Assembly: GCA_051362555.1 (NCBI GenBank)
Contig: CM120648.1
Coordinates: 19,588,587 to 19,652,586 of the forward strand
Length of the DNA: 64,000 bases
DNA from: Lingula anatina
Taxonomy: Eukaryota; Animalia; Brachiopoda
Direction of reading: 5' to 3'
Shown: positions 41,082-53,567 of the stretch, one piece after another
How positions within the stretch are numbered: the first letter of the stretch is position 1
Layout of the letters: each line of letters starts with the position of its first letter
Translations under genes and position numbers: made by a program
The notes under the pieces: model-generated
The model's input: only the letters and a program-made list of their open reading frames with translations
Databases searched by the model: none
Told to the model about the DNA's origin: nothing

Positions 41082-44000
41082 ACATTGAGTTTTTAGTAGT
41101 GTTAATTTTAATATTGTAGTAATTTTAAGGATTTTAGTTATATTATCCGTTGTAAGGCACCCAATAACAAACATTATTATTATTATATTAATTGGTGCTA
41201 TTTTTTAGAAATGCTGAGGAGAACACTGATTAATATTCATCTTTGCAATTACCTCAAGGCTTTATATACATTTTCAGAGTTTATTATGTTTTGGTTAAAC
41301 TCAATCCATATGCACACTGTTGGAAAATTGAGGGAAGAAGACAAAAATGCCATGCCATACGTCTTGATTATTGGAACTCATAAGGACATGTTATGCGCAC
41401 AGGTGAAAACGCTTTTCTTATCACAATTATTCAATTACTACCATACTTATTCTATGTATAATTTGTATCCCTTCAACCATATCACGATTCCTGACAAGTG
41501 ACTTAATTATTTAGAAACTTTTCACTATGTGACTATTTGTGGATGGCATGATTTAATGTTGGGGGAAAAGGGTGTTCCTTGCCCCCTGTACTCCATCCTA
41601 ATTTTATATGTTCATTGCAACATACCCCATTTCTCAACTTGAACAAAGTGGACTATATCATATACACACACACACACACCCCGGTAAATGTTTTCTTTTG
41701 CACTGACAATTTAACATTATTATATGGTAATGAACAACAACTACAAAAATGTCTTAACTAGTTTTTATTCACAGGGCGACGTTGAAAAGATTTTTGATAA
41801 ACTCAAGAAGTGTCTCGACGACAAGCAGGTACTCAAGGACCACGTCTACCGATATTTTGCCATAAGCAACTTGGCCGAAGATGATGGGGAGTTTGCTGAA
41901 ATAAAAAGAGCGATCGAAGATTTGTGTGGTTATAGCAGCAACAGTATTGCTACGGTTCAACATCTTTCAGTGAATTGGATTAAATTGGAAATGAATTTGG
42001 CAGAGAAGAGTGAAGAAACACCCATCATAACTATTGAAAAACTGAGGGAAATGGCAAAAAGGGTCGGACTCCCTGATGAAGAATTAAAAGAAAAATTCAT
42101 TCCTTACCATCACCATCAAGGCGATATCCTACACTTCAAAGTTGATGGACTGGAAAATGTCGTCATAATAGATCCACTTTGGTTAGCAGATGTGTTTTCT
42201 GCCATCATGACCAAGGCCAGCAGTCAACCTGGAGGCAGTCACTTTGATCTCCTGAAAGACGATCTGAAAAGAGGAGTGCTCAATGAGGAGGTATTTGATG
42301 AATATCTAAAACAAATCAAAATGGCCGAAAAAAAGACTGAAATCATTCAACTTATGCTGCATTTCGACTTGATGTTAGAAATATCCCAATCAGTTGAAAA
42401 CCCTCTGCCTGGGTCTGGAAAGAGAAGATTCGTTGTGCCTAGTATGCTGGTATCCAATACCAGTGTAAATAACGCCTTGTCTGAGACGGATCCACAGAAA
42501 TATTTGCTTATCGCATTCCCTCACATTCTGTTTCCTACCGGGTTGTTTCATCGTCTGATCATCCGTCTTCTTAAGAAGTATAGAGCTCAGGAATATAAAC
42601 ATAACATTCCAGTTGTTGGGTTTGACCACGCTTCCTTCCGTTTGGGAGACGAACAGTCGGTGCTCCATCTCGCCATTGAAGAAAGGGCCATGAGAATGAT
42701 GATAACAAACGCTACTGGAAACAAACCAAAACCTGACATATACTCCAACGCACGGGAAACCATTGAAAAAGAACTGTCAACTCTTCGGGACACGTACTGT
42801 CCCAGGATGCAGTTAGGCTTTCGCATTCGGTTAAATGACAAAGGAAAAGATATTCCAATAAAAGCAGAAGACGTCCAAGAAAATGATGAGATATGTAGAT
42901 CTGTAGAGGGCACGGAAATGCCAATTGATGTGACACCGTATCGTGTTTGGTTTTCAGGTAAGCATTAAAATTTTAGGTAGTTTTGCTGTGAACAGACATT
43001 ATGTTCCTGAATATAATTAGGGGTAATGTAGTCATTGGAATCGGTGATACTTAAACTGATGTAAATGCAACTAATCATATTGGGTGATGTACTATGATGT
43101 ACATGAAGAGAATTAATATTTCAAATTGTTGCCAATAAACCAAACATTATATATTTTAAAATAATGTAACTTGATAAATACCCAAAGGCATTTTCTATAA
43201 TCCCCGAAAATGATATCTTTACAGATCTTATCAGCATTTTTCCCCTTGGCAAATTTTGCACATCGCCTTTGTTAGAACAGTATAAATATCGCCCACAAAA
43301 TCATGCAATTTATATTTTAATCATTCCAACAATACGAGCTTTACATGGGCATCAACGTCTGTTTGAGGGTAAGACTGTTGCAATTGAACATTTTTCATAT
43401 AAACTGTCACATATTAGATTTATTACCCAGCCATGCACGTTGCTAGAATTGTTTTAACTTTTAATTTAAAAACAAATGCCCAAGCATATTTGGAAAGCAT
43501 TTAATGACAAAAATAAATATTATGCCCTGGTCGTATTTTGAGAATTTACCTGCAGTGCAGAAGGTAAATGTACAGCAGGTTACCTTTTGCTCACAACACA
43601 TATCTATTAATAAGTTTCTTCATACTTAAATTACATGTATATTATTAATTGCTAATTATGGTTCATCATGCGCATATTCTTGTAATCCTTCTTATTTTTA
43701 CAGATAGTGCACAGGCAGTACAAACAAGTGATCCAGGTAATTTTGTATTTGGTATTGCTTAGCTTAGGCTAAGAAGTACGCGCATTCTTATTTTAACTTC
43801 TATTTTTTTTACTTTTAACTTACAAATCTTCAATATAAAGAAATAGCATATATTGTTACTAGCATGTATCCCCTGTTCATATGACAGTACATTTTACTGA
43901 CTACATATTTCTCCCATAATGCAGTGGTGGTTGCCGTATATTTTACACAAACACACACACACTAGTATACTGTTCTATCTCTCTTTCCTTATAAAATTCT

Positions 44001-44723
44001 TGTACAAAAAGCATTGATCATTATCATATTTTTCTATTAATAGGTGCGAATGCCCCAGATGCGTCATCTATTTATACACAGAGGTTTGCAAGGGTGAGTT
44101 ATCTCGTTATTGAACTTGGAACGAAAGTCATTAGAACTTTCTTCCTCAAGGATGTTGTTAGGCCTAGCATCACTAATGGTGAGCACATCAGTGATAAAGA
44201 TGCAGTGCTTCAGTTTTTTGGTAAGCATGATGTGAAAATTGAACTTAAGAAACTCAAGAAAACAAAAGTCATATATGCTTCTCAGTGGAATCTGTTGTAC
44301 CCTGCCTCTGGTCATACAGATGTGGAAACGTTTGACATTACATTGCTAGTGTTATTGATAAGAAAACTTCACCCAGACAAAGCCAACCTGAAATGGTCAG
44401 CACCGAAAGAAAATGCCACGTTACCTTCCTCTCCACAAACAACACAAGGTTTCATTGACCACATCCAACAGCTTAAGAATGTCAGGAATTATATACAGCA
44501 TTCCGCCAAGTATGAGATCCAAGACATGGAGAAATTCTGCACGAAGTGGGAAATCGCCTGTGCTTCTGTTCTAGCACTTGGTGCAGATCCAAATGAAGTT
44601 GAAAAGGCACAGAAATCCATCTTTAGCATACAGGAGATAGATACAATAGTGTGTGAAATACGCAGCTCGGCTGAAGTTACAAACGGCATTTCGACAACAG
44701 ATTTGACAGGCTTGAATTATTAA
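29458..44723 (+). CDS. ROCO-family protein, 3' part: Roc GTPase - COR - DZIP3-type HEPN domain; 5' exons including the G1 P-loop not found in the window
   Basis: Phase-compatible exons: 29458-29703 (IWDFAGQDVYYTTHQTFLS…IYLLVFRL, G3); 41278-41402 (FWLNSIH…LIIGTHKD, G4); 41775-42957 (FAISN G5; COR motifs HHQGDILHF, VIIDPLWL, FVVPSML, PTGLFHRLIIR); 43704-43736; 44044-44723 (QWNLLYP, FDITLLVLLIR, RNYIQH). The frame is open throughout. Confidence 0.88.
31182..31349. repeat. Small imperfect inverted repeat (MITE-like)
   Basis: ttttagatcgatcta-tccctgtgggg … ccccaggga-gttagatcgatctaaaa. Confidence 0.45.
32049..32594. mobile_element. PIF/Harbinger-type MITE with ~150-bp TIRs and TAA TSD
   Basis: TAA|GAGTGCATTCTCAACGAA…TTCGTTGAGAATGCGCTC|TAA, with long near-perfect inverted arms. 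Confidence 0.85.
32907..37134 (+). pseudogene. Spliced, disrupted tyrosine-recombinase-like gene of the Crypton-like element
   Basis: Small phase-compatible exons at 33135, 33394, 33652, 34189 and 34749. The exon at 35045-35280 carries NATKNRHYLST…LDHIGHEKNINRDNYQ (R, H and Y catalytic-type residues), but out of frame and behind a TGA, so the core is deleted. The exon at 36161 (WPAEDTNMLRDHF…GSLP) has a frameshift. The final exon 36980-37134 reads KKEIMTFL…KIFNERK. Confidence 0.65.
38501..40971. mobile_element. Non-autonomous CACTA/EnSpm-type element (CCCAG termini, 2-bp TA TSD, subterminal repeats)
   Basis: TA|CCCAGACAGCCTCAGT(G/A)ATCTGGCCCACGTCTGGCCCAGATCTGGCAACG…CTGAGGCTGTCTGGG|TA. Arrays of TGGCCCAGA/TGGCAA units at 38501-38795 and 40745-40971. 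Confidence 0.88.
39540..40385 (-). mobile_element. Degenerate Gypsy LTR-retrotransposon remnant (PBS, gag, zinc knuckle, protease)
   Basis: Minus strand: …TCAACA-C-TGGCGACGAGGAT (PBS at 40365-40377, complementary to the tRNA-Ser(GCT) 3' end). ATG at 40323 starts MEEK…ETLGSRSTRWLDSLNLFADGK, then QRRRALMLYSAGTGVQDIF, DHFAKVCK and VLPDSGAYCNII. Confidence 0.8.
41039..41078. repeat. (TA)n microsatellite at the right end of the Crypton-like element
   Basis: Pure TA run. Confidence 0.9.
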
Positions 44724-44766
44724 TATTCTCTGTATGTGCCATCCTCATTGTGTTAGCCATAAATTA

Positions 44767-45020
44767 CAAGAAGTGGATTTAGGTGGGGAAGGGGTCACGG
44801 GGATCCTGGTTTCTGAAAAAAATCACACTAGTATTCCCCTCTTGAAATTAGAATTTTGACTAGCTGAATCATAGTTCTAAATAGAACCAAATGACACCAT
44901 TCGCCCTATAAAGTATCAAAATTTTCCGGGGCCTAAAGTGGGCCTTTGAACCCCATGCCAGGGTGGTGTGGCTTGGCATATGCGCCCCTCCTCCTTCAAA
45001 TAACCTTGGATCTGCCCCTG
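44767..45020. mobile_element. hAT-like GC-rich MITE with apparent 5-bp TSD (AATTA)
   Basis: aatta|caagaagtggatttagg…cttggatctgcccctg|aatta. Shares the internal ttgaaattagaattttg-ctagctga motif with the copies at 57956-59023. Confidence 0.55.
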
Positions 45021-45842
45021 AATTACCGTAAGTGAAAGGGTGAGTTGAGGTCCGTCTTAAGTTGTACGTGGCATATGTGGATGGTCCAATGTCAGATTGA
45101 ACCTTCGAATTTTCACCCAGTAATATTTAACACAATTAAAGCCTAGATTACATTTACACGGGCGCCGTGCGATGAAATTATCTGTACGATATTTTTTTTT
45201 TTTTTTGAAATTGTGAAGAGCTTGGGCCTACGCCGATTATAATGTCTACATTTAAATGGCCTAAAATCAGTAAGATTTCGCAGGGTCATCGTCTACCTCC
45301 GCTCTGACGCCATACGGAAAGTGTATTACGGGCAGTATACGTGCATTGCACGGACATCACATTTCAAATGTAATTTATGCTTAAAAAGGGTAAAAAAAAT
45401 CATGGTATTTAGTGGAATTGTGAAAAGAAAAACGGTGTAAGTAGGATGATGTGAGTATAAAAATTGATATGTCCAATTTATAGGTAAATTTATTTAATCA
45501 TAGTCATTCAAATCAACAGTTTTGAGGATATATTATGTTAAGTCTTTTCCAGTACTATGGAATGCATCTCTTGATACAAATGGCAGATCACTTACGTGAA
45601 AGGAAATTTAGGGGAAAAAAATAGAAAAGTTCAATTACAATTATAATTATATGCAGACACATGTATATGTTTTGAGCACTCTGTCTGTTGTGACTGTCGC
45701 TGTCCAACACATGACATTGGCCCCATAACTGCCAAATCACATTTTTGTTTTACTTAAATTTTAATCAGTGGCTTAGTTTGGTAAAGAGGCAGATTGCTTT
45801 TGAAAATCAGCATGATCGGTTTACATTTACGGTGATATTTTT

Positions 45843-48800
45843 TATGTACAGACACAGATGTGTCTGTACATATAGCCGTCATCTGCGTCTGTCGTCGCCG
45901 TCGCCGTCGTTGCCGTTGTCGCCGTCGTCGCCGTGCACTTTTACCGATAACACGATAAGTGAAAAACTGTTTTTTCTTTTGGCTTGAAACTTACAGAACT
46001 GATGAATATTCATAATACGCAGATCAAGTTCGAAAATCAGCATGATCGGGTCACTTATAGGGAATTTATGCTGTTTTTTCACTTTTTTCAGCATATATGC
46101 AGCACCGATAACACGATAAGTGGAAAACCGTTTTACCTTTTGGCTTGAAACTTACAGAACTGATGAATATTTATAATACTCAGGTCAAGTTCGAAAATCA
46201 GCGTGATTGTGTCATTTTTAGTGAATTTAGGCTATTTTTTCTCTTTTTTCAGCATATATACTGCACCGATAACACCATAAATGGAAAACCATTTTACCTT
46301 TTGGCTTGAAACTTACCGAACTGATGAATATTCATAATACGCAGGTCAAGTTTGAAAATCAGCATGATTGGGTCATTTTTACTGAATTTATGCTATTTTT
46401 TCACTTTTTTTCAGCATTTTTGCAACACTGATAACACAATAAATGAAAAGCTGTTTTACCCTTTGGCTTGAAACTTACAGAACTGATAAATATTCATAAT
46501 ACACAGGTCGAGTTTGAAAATCAGCATGATTGGACCACTTTTATGGAAGTTAAGCTGTTTTTTTCACTTTTTTCAGCATATATGCAACACTGATAACACG
46601 ATAAGTGAAAAACAGATAGGCCAATTGTCATAATACTCATAGGAGTGGCCAATCTTACTAAAACGAAGGTTGAGTTGGAAAATCAGCATAATCGGTCCAT
46701 TATTTTAGAAGTTATGCTGTTTTTTCACATTTCCTCACATGCAATTCTTAGGCATGTTAACAGTCTCATTAGTTAACTAATAAGATATGTAAAAGTGTTT
46801 GTTTGACATTTCCTGCATCTTTACAACATTGTTAGTTGATTTTGTAAAAATAATGGTAAGCTTATTATCGTGTATTGTGTAATAAAGTTTCAAAAGTGGA
46901 AATAAACTCATGTCATAGCAGTTTGTCAGATTCAATCATTCACTATGTTCAGAATCTCAGAATGGAAGAAATTGGCTATTTAACACTGCTCTATTGATAT
47001 TTTTCTTAGTTGATCATATAAAAATGGCAGTAAACTGTTAATTTTGTTTTATGTTAAAAAAAAAAACATTTCAGAACAGTGCTTACATTTTGGCATTTTC
47101 AATTTGTGACTTTGAAGTTCCATGGGCCTGAAGACCTTCCCATATCACATTTTCTGAATATCCATGATACTAATATTTTATTATTAAAAATTGATGGTCA
47201 TTATGCTGTTAAACGTTATGTAATATTGCATCAAAAAAACTATTTTGGGCACTGCTCCCATGATGACCATTTAAGAAAAACCAGGTCACTTACTGTTCTC
47301 AAACTTGCAGGAAAGAAACATGCGACTAAAATACAGCTTCAGTAGGCAATGCAGTCTGTTTGGTAATTCTTACTGCCAGTTAAACAGTTTTTTCTGTGAA
47401 AATTTAATTTTTCACAAGATATGCTTGAAGACCTGTGCTAGTCACATTTTCTGAAAATCCATGATACGTTTATTTTGTTTTCAAAAGTTGATGGTCTTTA
47501 TGCTGTTAACCATTATGTAATATTGCATCAGAATAGAAGAAAACACAATTTTGGGTGCTGCTGCCATGATGACCATTATGGGAAAACCATGTTATTTATG
47601 ATTGCCAAACTTTCAAAAAAGAAATACAGGGCTAAAATGCAGCCTGAGTTGGAAAAGTAGTCTAATTGGCTTCTTTTTCTGGAAGTTATACATTTTCATA
47701 GTGTGAACTTGAACTCCCATGGGCCTGAAGCCTTACATTGGTATTACCTGTTGAGCATAATTAAAATTTAATGTTGAATTTGCAGTTCAACATAATGTAC
47801 TTTTGCATCAGAATTGACAGTAGCCTATTTTGTGCATAGTTATTTCCTGTTTTTTGTCTGTACATTTGACAGCTTTGCTGCCTTGTTTTTTTTTTTTTTT
47901 TTTTTTTTTGTGAAATTTTCATTATTCACATAGTGGCTTTTTCAGTGCCTTTTTATATCTCATGGAACTGAATCAGTTGCCAGTATTTCACCTGTAGTGC
48001 ATTATGCAAGAGGGTAAGAGTGATTAGGCTATTATGTAACAGTGCATCAAAATTGGCCAAAACATTATTTTGTGTACTTTTTTCTGTAGTCTGAATATTT
48101 CACAGTTTTGCTGCCTTGCTTCTTGGTGTCTGTATATTTGCAAGCTTTGTCTAGTTTTTAAGGGCCATTCCGTGGTATTTGGTCCGCAGACCTCAAAATT
48201 TGAAAAAGGAATCCTACTTATAAAACTTATAATTTCTGAAACCAGACACCATAAGACACCAGAATCCAAAAGAAATTTTAGGTTTTGATGACTAATTATG
48301 ATTTTATTGACACTTTTATCTGGAAAACTTATAAAATAGTGTCACGGAAGGACATTTTTATTTTTGATATATTTTTATGTACAGACACAGATGTGTCTGT
48401 ACATATAGCCATCACCTGCGTATGTCGCCGTCGTTGCCGTCTTTGCCGTTGCCGTGCACTTTTACCGATAACACGATAAGTGGTAAACCGTTTTTTCTTT
48501 TGACTTGAAACTTACAGAACTGATGAATATGCATAATACGCAGGTCAAGTTCGAAAATCAGCATGATCGGGCCATTTTTAGGGAAGTTATGCTGTTTTTT
48601 TTTCACTTTTTTCAGCATTTATGTAGCACCGATAACAGGATAATTGGAAAACTGTTTTATCTTTTGGCTTGAAACTTATAAAACTGATGAATATTCATAA
48701 TACGCAGATCAAGTTCAAAAATCAGCATGATTGGGCCATTTATATGGAAGTTATGCTGTTTTTCACTTTTTTCAGCATTTATGAAACACCAATAACACAA

Positions 48801-51800
48801 TATTTGAAAAACCATTTTATCTTTTGGCTTGACACTTACAGAACTGATAAAAATTCATAATATGCAGGTCAAGTTCGAAAATCAGCATGATAGGAATATT
48901 TTTATGGAAGTTATGCTGTTTTTTCACTTTTTTCAGCATATATGCAACCCTGATAAAACAAAAAAGTGAAGAAAACACTTTACTTTTTGGCTTGAAACTT
49001 ACAGAACTGATGAATATCTATAATACGCAAGTCAAGTTCGAAAATTGGCATGAGCAGGGCATTTTTATAAGTTTTGCTGTTTTTTTCACTTTTTTTCAGC
49101 ATATATGCAACACCTATAACACATTTTAAGGAAAATCGATTGGCCAATTGTCTTGAAATTCACAGTAGTGATCACTGTTACTCAAATACAGATTAAGTTT
49201 TTAAAATAAGCTTGATCAGTTAAAGTTTGGTGAAGTTATGCCTTTTTTATGTACAGACACAGATGTGTCTGTACATATAGCCGTCACCTGCGTCTGTCGT
49301 CGCCGTCGCCGTGCATTCAATGATAACACGATAAGTGGAATACCATTTTACATTTTGTATTCAAAATTACAGAACTGATGAATATTCATAATCCGCAGGT
49401 CAAGTTCGAAAATCAGCATGATCAGGCAATTTTTAGGGAAGTTATGCTGTTTTTTCACTTTTTCAGCATATATGCAGCACCGATAACAGGATAAGTGGAA
49501 AACCATTTTACTTTTTGGCTTGAAACTTACAAAACTGATGAATATTCATAATACGCAGGTCAAGTTCGAAATTCAGCATGATCGGGCCATTTTTAGGGAA
49601 GTTATGCTGTTTTTCACTTTTTTCAATATATATGCAACACTGATAACACAATATATGAAAAACAGATTGGCCAATTGTCATTATACTCACAGGAGTTGTC
49701 AATCCTGCTAAAATGCAGGTTGAGTTCGAAAATCAACATAATTGGGCCATTATTTTAGAAGTTATACTGTTTTTTTCACATTTCCTCAGACGCAGGTCAA
49801 GTTCGAAATTCAGCATGATCGGGCCATTTTTAGGGAAGTTATGCTGTTTTTCACTTTTTTCAATATATATGCAACACTGATAACACAATATATGAAAAAC
49901 AGATTGGCCAATTGTCATTATACTCACAGGAGTTGTCAATCCTGCTAAAATGCAGGTTGAGTTCGAAAATCAACATAATTGGGCCATTATTTTAGAAGTT
50001 ATACTGTTTTTTTCACATTTCCTCAGACGCAGGTCAAGTTCGAAATTCAGCATGATCGGGCCATTTTTAGGGAAGTTATGCTGTTTTTTCACTTTTTCAG
50101 CATATATGCAGCACCGATAACACGATAAGTGGAAAACCATTTTACTTTTTGGCTTGAAACTTACAAAACTGATGAATATTCATAATACGCAGGTCAAGTT
50201 CGAAATTCAGCATGATCCGGCCATTTTTAGGGAAGTTATGCTGTTTTTCACTTTTTTCAATATATATGCAACACTGATAACACAATATATGAAAAACAGA
50301 TTGGCCAATTGTCATTATACTCACAGGAGTTGTCAATCCTGCTAAAATGCAGGTTGAGTGCGAAAATCAACATAATTGGGCCATTATTTTAGAAGTTAAA
50401 CTGTTTTTTTCACATTTCCTCAGATTCAATTCTTAGGCATGTTAACAGTCTCATTATTGAACTAATAAGATACGTAAAAGTGTTTGTTTGGTATTTCCTG
50501 CATCTTTACAACATTGTTAGTTGATTATGTAAAAATGATGGTAAACTTGTTATTATGTATTGTGTAATAAAGTGTCAAAAATGAAAATAAACTCATATCA
50601 TTGCAGTTTGTCAGATTCAATCATCCACTATGTTCAGAATCTCAGAATGGAGGAAATTGGATATTTAACACTGTTCTATTGATACTTTCCCCATCTCATC
50701 AATTTTCTCAGTTGGTCATATAAAAATGGCAATAAAATGTTTATTTTGTTTTATGTTAAAAAAGTGTTAAAATGGAAATAAACCCATTTCAGAACAGTGC
50801 TGTCATGTTTACATTTTGGCATTTTCAAGATGTGACTTTGAAGTTCCATGGACCTCAAGACCTTTGCTAGTCACATTTTCTGAATATACGTGATACTAAT
50901 ATTTTATAATTAAAAATTGATGGTCACTATGCTGTTAAACATTATGTAATGTTGCATTAAAATTTGAAGAAAACCCTATTTTGGGCACTGCTCCTATGAT
51001 GACCATTTAAGGGAAATCATGTAACTTACTATGCTCAAACTTACATGAAAGAAACATGGGTCTAACATACAGCTTCAGTAGGCAATGCAGTCTGTTTGGT
51101 AAATTTTTCTGGCAATTTAACAGTTTTTTGTGAAAATTTAATTTTTCACTTACTGACATTTTCAAGGTGCGACTTAGAACCTCCACGGGCTTGAAGACCC
51201 TTGCTAGTCACATTTTCTGAAAATCCATGACACGTATATTTTATCATTAAAAATTGATGGTCATTATGCTGTTAAGCATTATGTAATGTTGCATCAAAAT
51301 AGAAGAAAACACAATATTTGGTGCTGCTGCCATGATGACCATTATGGGAAAACCGTGTTACTTATTACTGTCAAACTTTCAAAAAGAAACACAGGACTAA
51401 AATGCAGCCCGAGTTGGAAAAGCAGTCTAATTGGCTTCTTTTTCTGGAAGTTATACACTTAGTGAAATATTCATTATCTTTTTGGCATATTCATTGTGGG
51501 ACTCTGAGCTCCCATGGACATGAAGCCTAATGGTAATCAAATTTTCTACATGTCCATGCTATTTATAGTCAATAATCAAAAATTGGTGATAATTATTCAA
51601 TAATTTATTATGCAATGTTACATCAAAATTGACAGTAATCTTTTTGCACTGCTACTGCAAACATTATGAAAAGAAAACTGTGTTACTTATTATTATATTT
51701 AACTTATAAGTATGATTTTTAGGATTGGCATGCAGTTCAAATTAGAAAGCCAGGTCCATTGGGTTATCATTTTTATTAAATTTATGCATTTTTTGTGAAA

Positions 51801-53542
51801 TTTTCATTTTTCTCATTCTGGCACTTTCTAATTGAAAACTTGAACTCTGATGGGCCTGGAGCCTTATGCTTTTACTTTCATCAGCGTTACCTGTTGTGCA
51901 TAATTACAATTTTATGTTGACTGTGCAGTTAAACATAATGTATTATTGCATCAGAATTGGGCAGTCTCCTGTTTTTGTGCATTATTGTTTTCTGCTTTTC
52001 TTAAGGTGTGACTTATGTGCCTGAAGACCTTTGATAGACAAATTTGTGTGGTCAGTCTGTTTATTCCCCTTGGGTATTCACAAGGCTAATTTCAGTGCTA
52101 TAAACTCATTTACCTAATTAAGTAGCCATTTATTGAAATTTCATAAAGCACACTTGTTGATATTTCCCTGTTAAGCTCTCTGCTAGATAACATAGTGTCC
52201 ATAATAAGGAAGCAGTGAATAACAGCTTCATTGGGATTATATTTTTGTTGTTTCTATTGAATTTTTTCTCCAACACTGGCATTTTTAAGATGTGACTTTT
52301 AACTCCCATCCACCTGAGGCTCTGCACATTTTCAGTATTTCCACATAAGCAGTTGTATTGGTATTTATGTCTTTAAACGCACTGTAATATTATTTTATGC
52401 ACTGTCATCATTTTTCATATATTGGGACTTTCATCATGTGAATTTTAACTCTCATGGTCCTGAAACTGTAATCTTATTGAAGGGGTGGATTGAGACCATC
52501 TTCTGGGTCTCCTGGAAGACAGTCAGACTTTAAAGTTTATATTAACGGGTTTCTGTTGGAAGACCATCAAAATGGAGGATGGCTCAACAAAGATACCTTG
52601 GATTACTGTCAGAAAATATCTCTTGATCTGCTCCTGTTATTGGCCATTTTACCTGTTGTGCATGATTAAAAATCAGTGTTGACTGACTGTGCTATTATAA
52701 GCATTATTTATTATTGCATCAAAATTGACAAAATGACCTATTTTTCATCTTTTTTTTTTTCTTTTTTTTTTTTTGTCTGTACATTTGACAGCTTTGCTGC
52801 CTTGTTTATGATTTATATACCATTGTTTGTACAAAGACTATCTCCCTAGATGCATGTATGTTTAAAATATCACCAGTTTTTGACTGACTGCTTTTTTCTT
52901 TTTTTGACTGACCTTTAATGATACTACGGGGTTGCCAGTTAGTTGGGAAAATAAAATTTCCAGTCTCTTCACTGACCAAATTTTTTTATTCGCTGCCTAA
53001 TACCACATAATTTTCCTGGCTCCACCTCACCAACAACCTTCCAATCCATCCATAATTGTTTTTTTTTTTTTTTTTCTTAATCAAACCAACTTTTATTATG
53101 TAACGCATGCACCATTACCTCCAGCTCTTCTCATACACATGTCCCGAGTCCAAGCTTGTGACCTATTTTAATGGTACATGTTTTAAATCTTGATGTTGCC
53201 ATATAGGCCTTAGAGTGGAGACTTGGCACATTGAGGTTCAAGTCCTGCTCTCAAAACAATTGACTGGCCTTGGTATTATGATAATAGGTCTGCATATCTG
53301 GTTTTTCATGAATTTATGCCAACATTGTTCATTTTTTTCTCATCTGGTGTTTTCATTGTGTGGACATAAACACTCATGGGCCTGAAGCCTTATGCTAATT
53401 CCATATTCCAAATATCCATTTTACCTAGTAACTGAGCGTAATTAAATTTTGGTGTTTATTTTGCTGTTATTGCTTTAATACTAACAAAATAACATATTTT
53501 TTGCATCATTGTTTCCTGCTTTTTGTCTGAACATTTGATAGC
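45843..53542 (+). mobile_element. Second cluster of the same HINE family (nested copies)
   Basis: 5' hairpins at 45843, 48376 and 49248. 3' ends at 47887 and 52806, with a degenerate one at 53524-53542 (tgtctgaacatttgatagc). Same 161-bp and 337-bp units. Confidence 0.85.
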
Positions 53543-53567
53543 AACCTTTTCATTTCTCTTCTTTAAG

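Noticed and set aside
38386-41174. W/C/H-rich repetitive ORFs on both strands
   Set aside because: By-products of the EnSpm-type subterminal repeats.
41769-42936. Antisense ORFs over the COR exon
   Set aside because: Shadow frames of a real coding exon.
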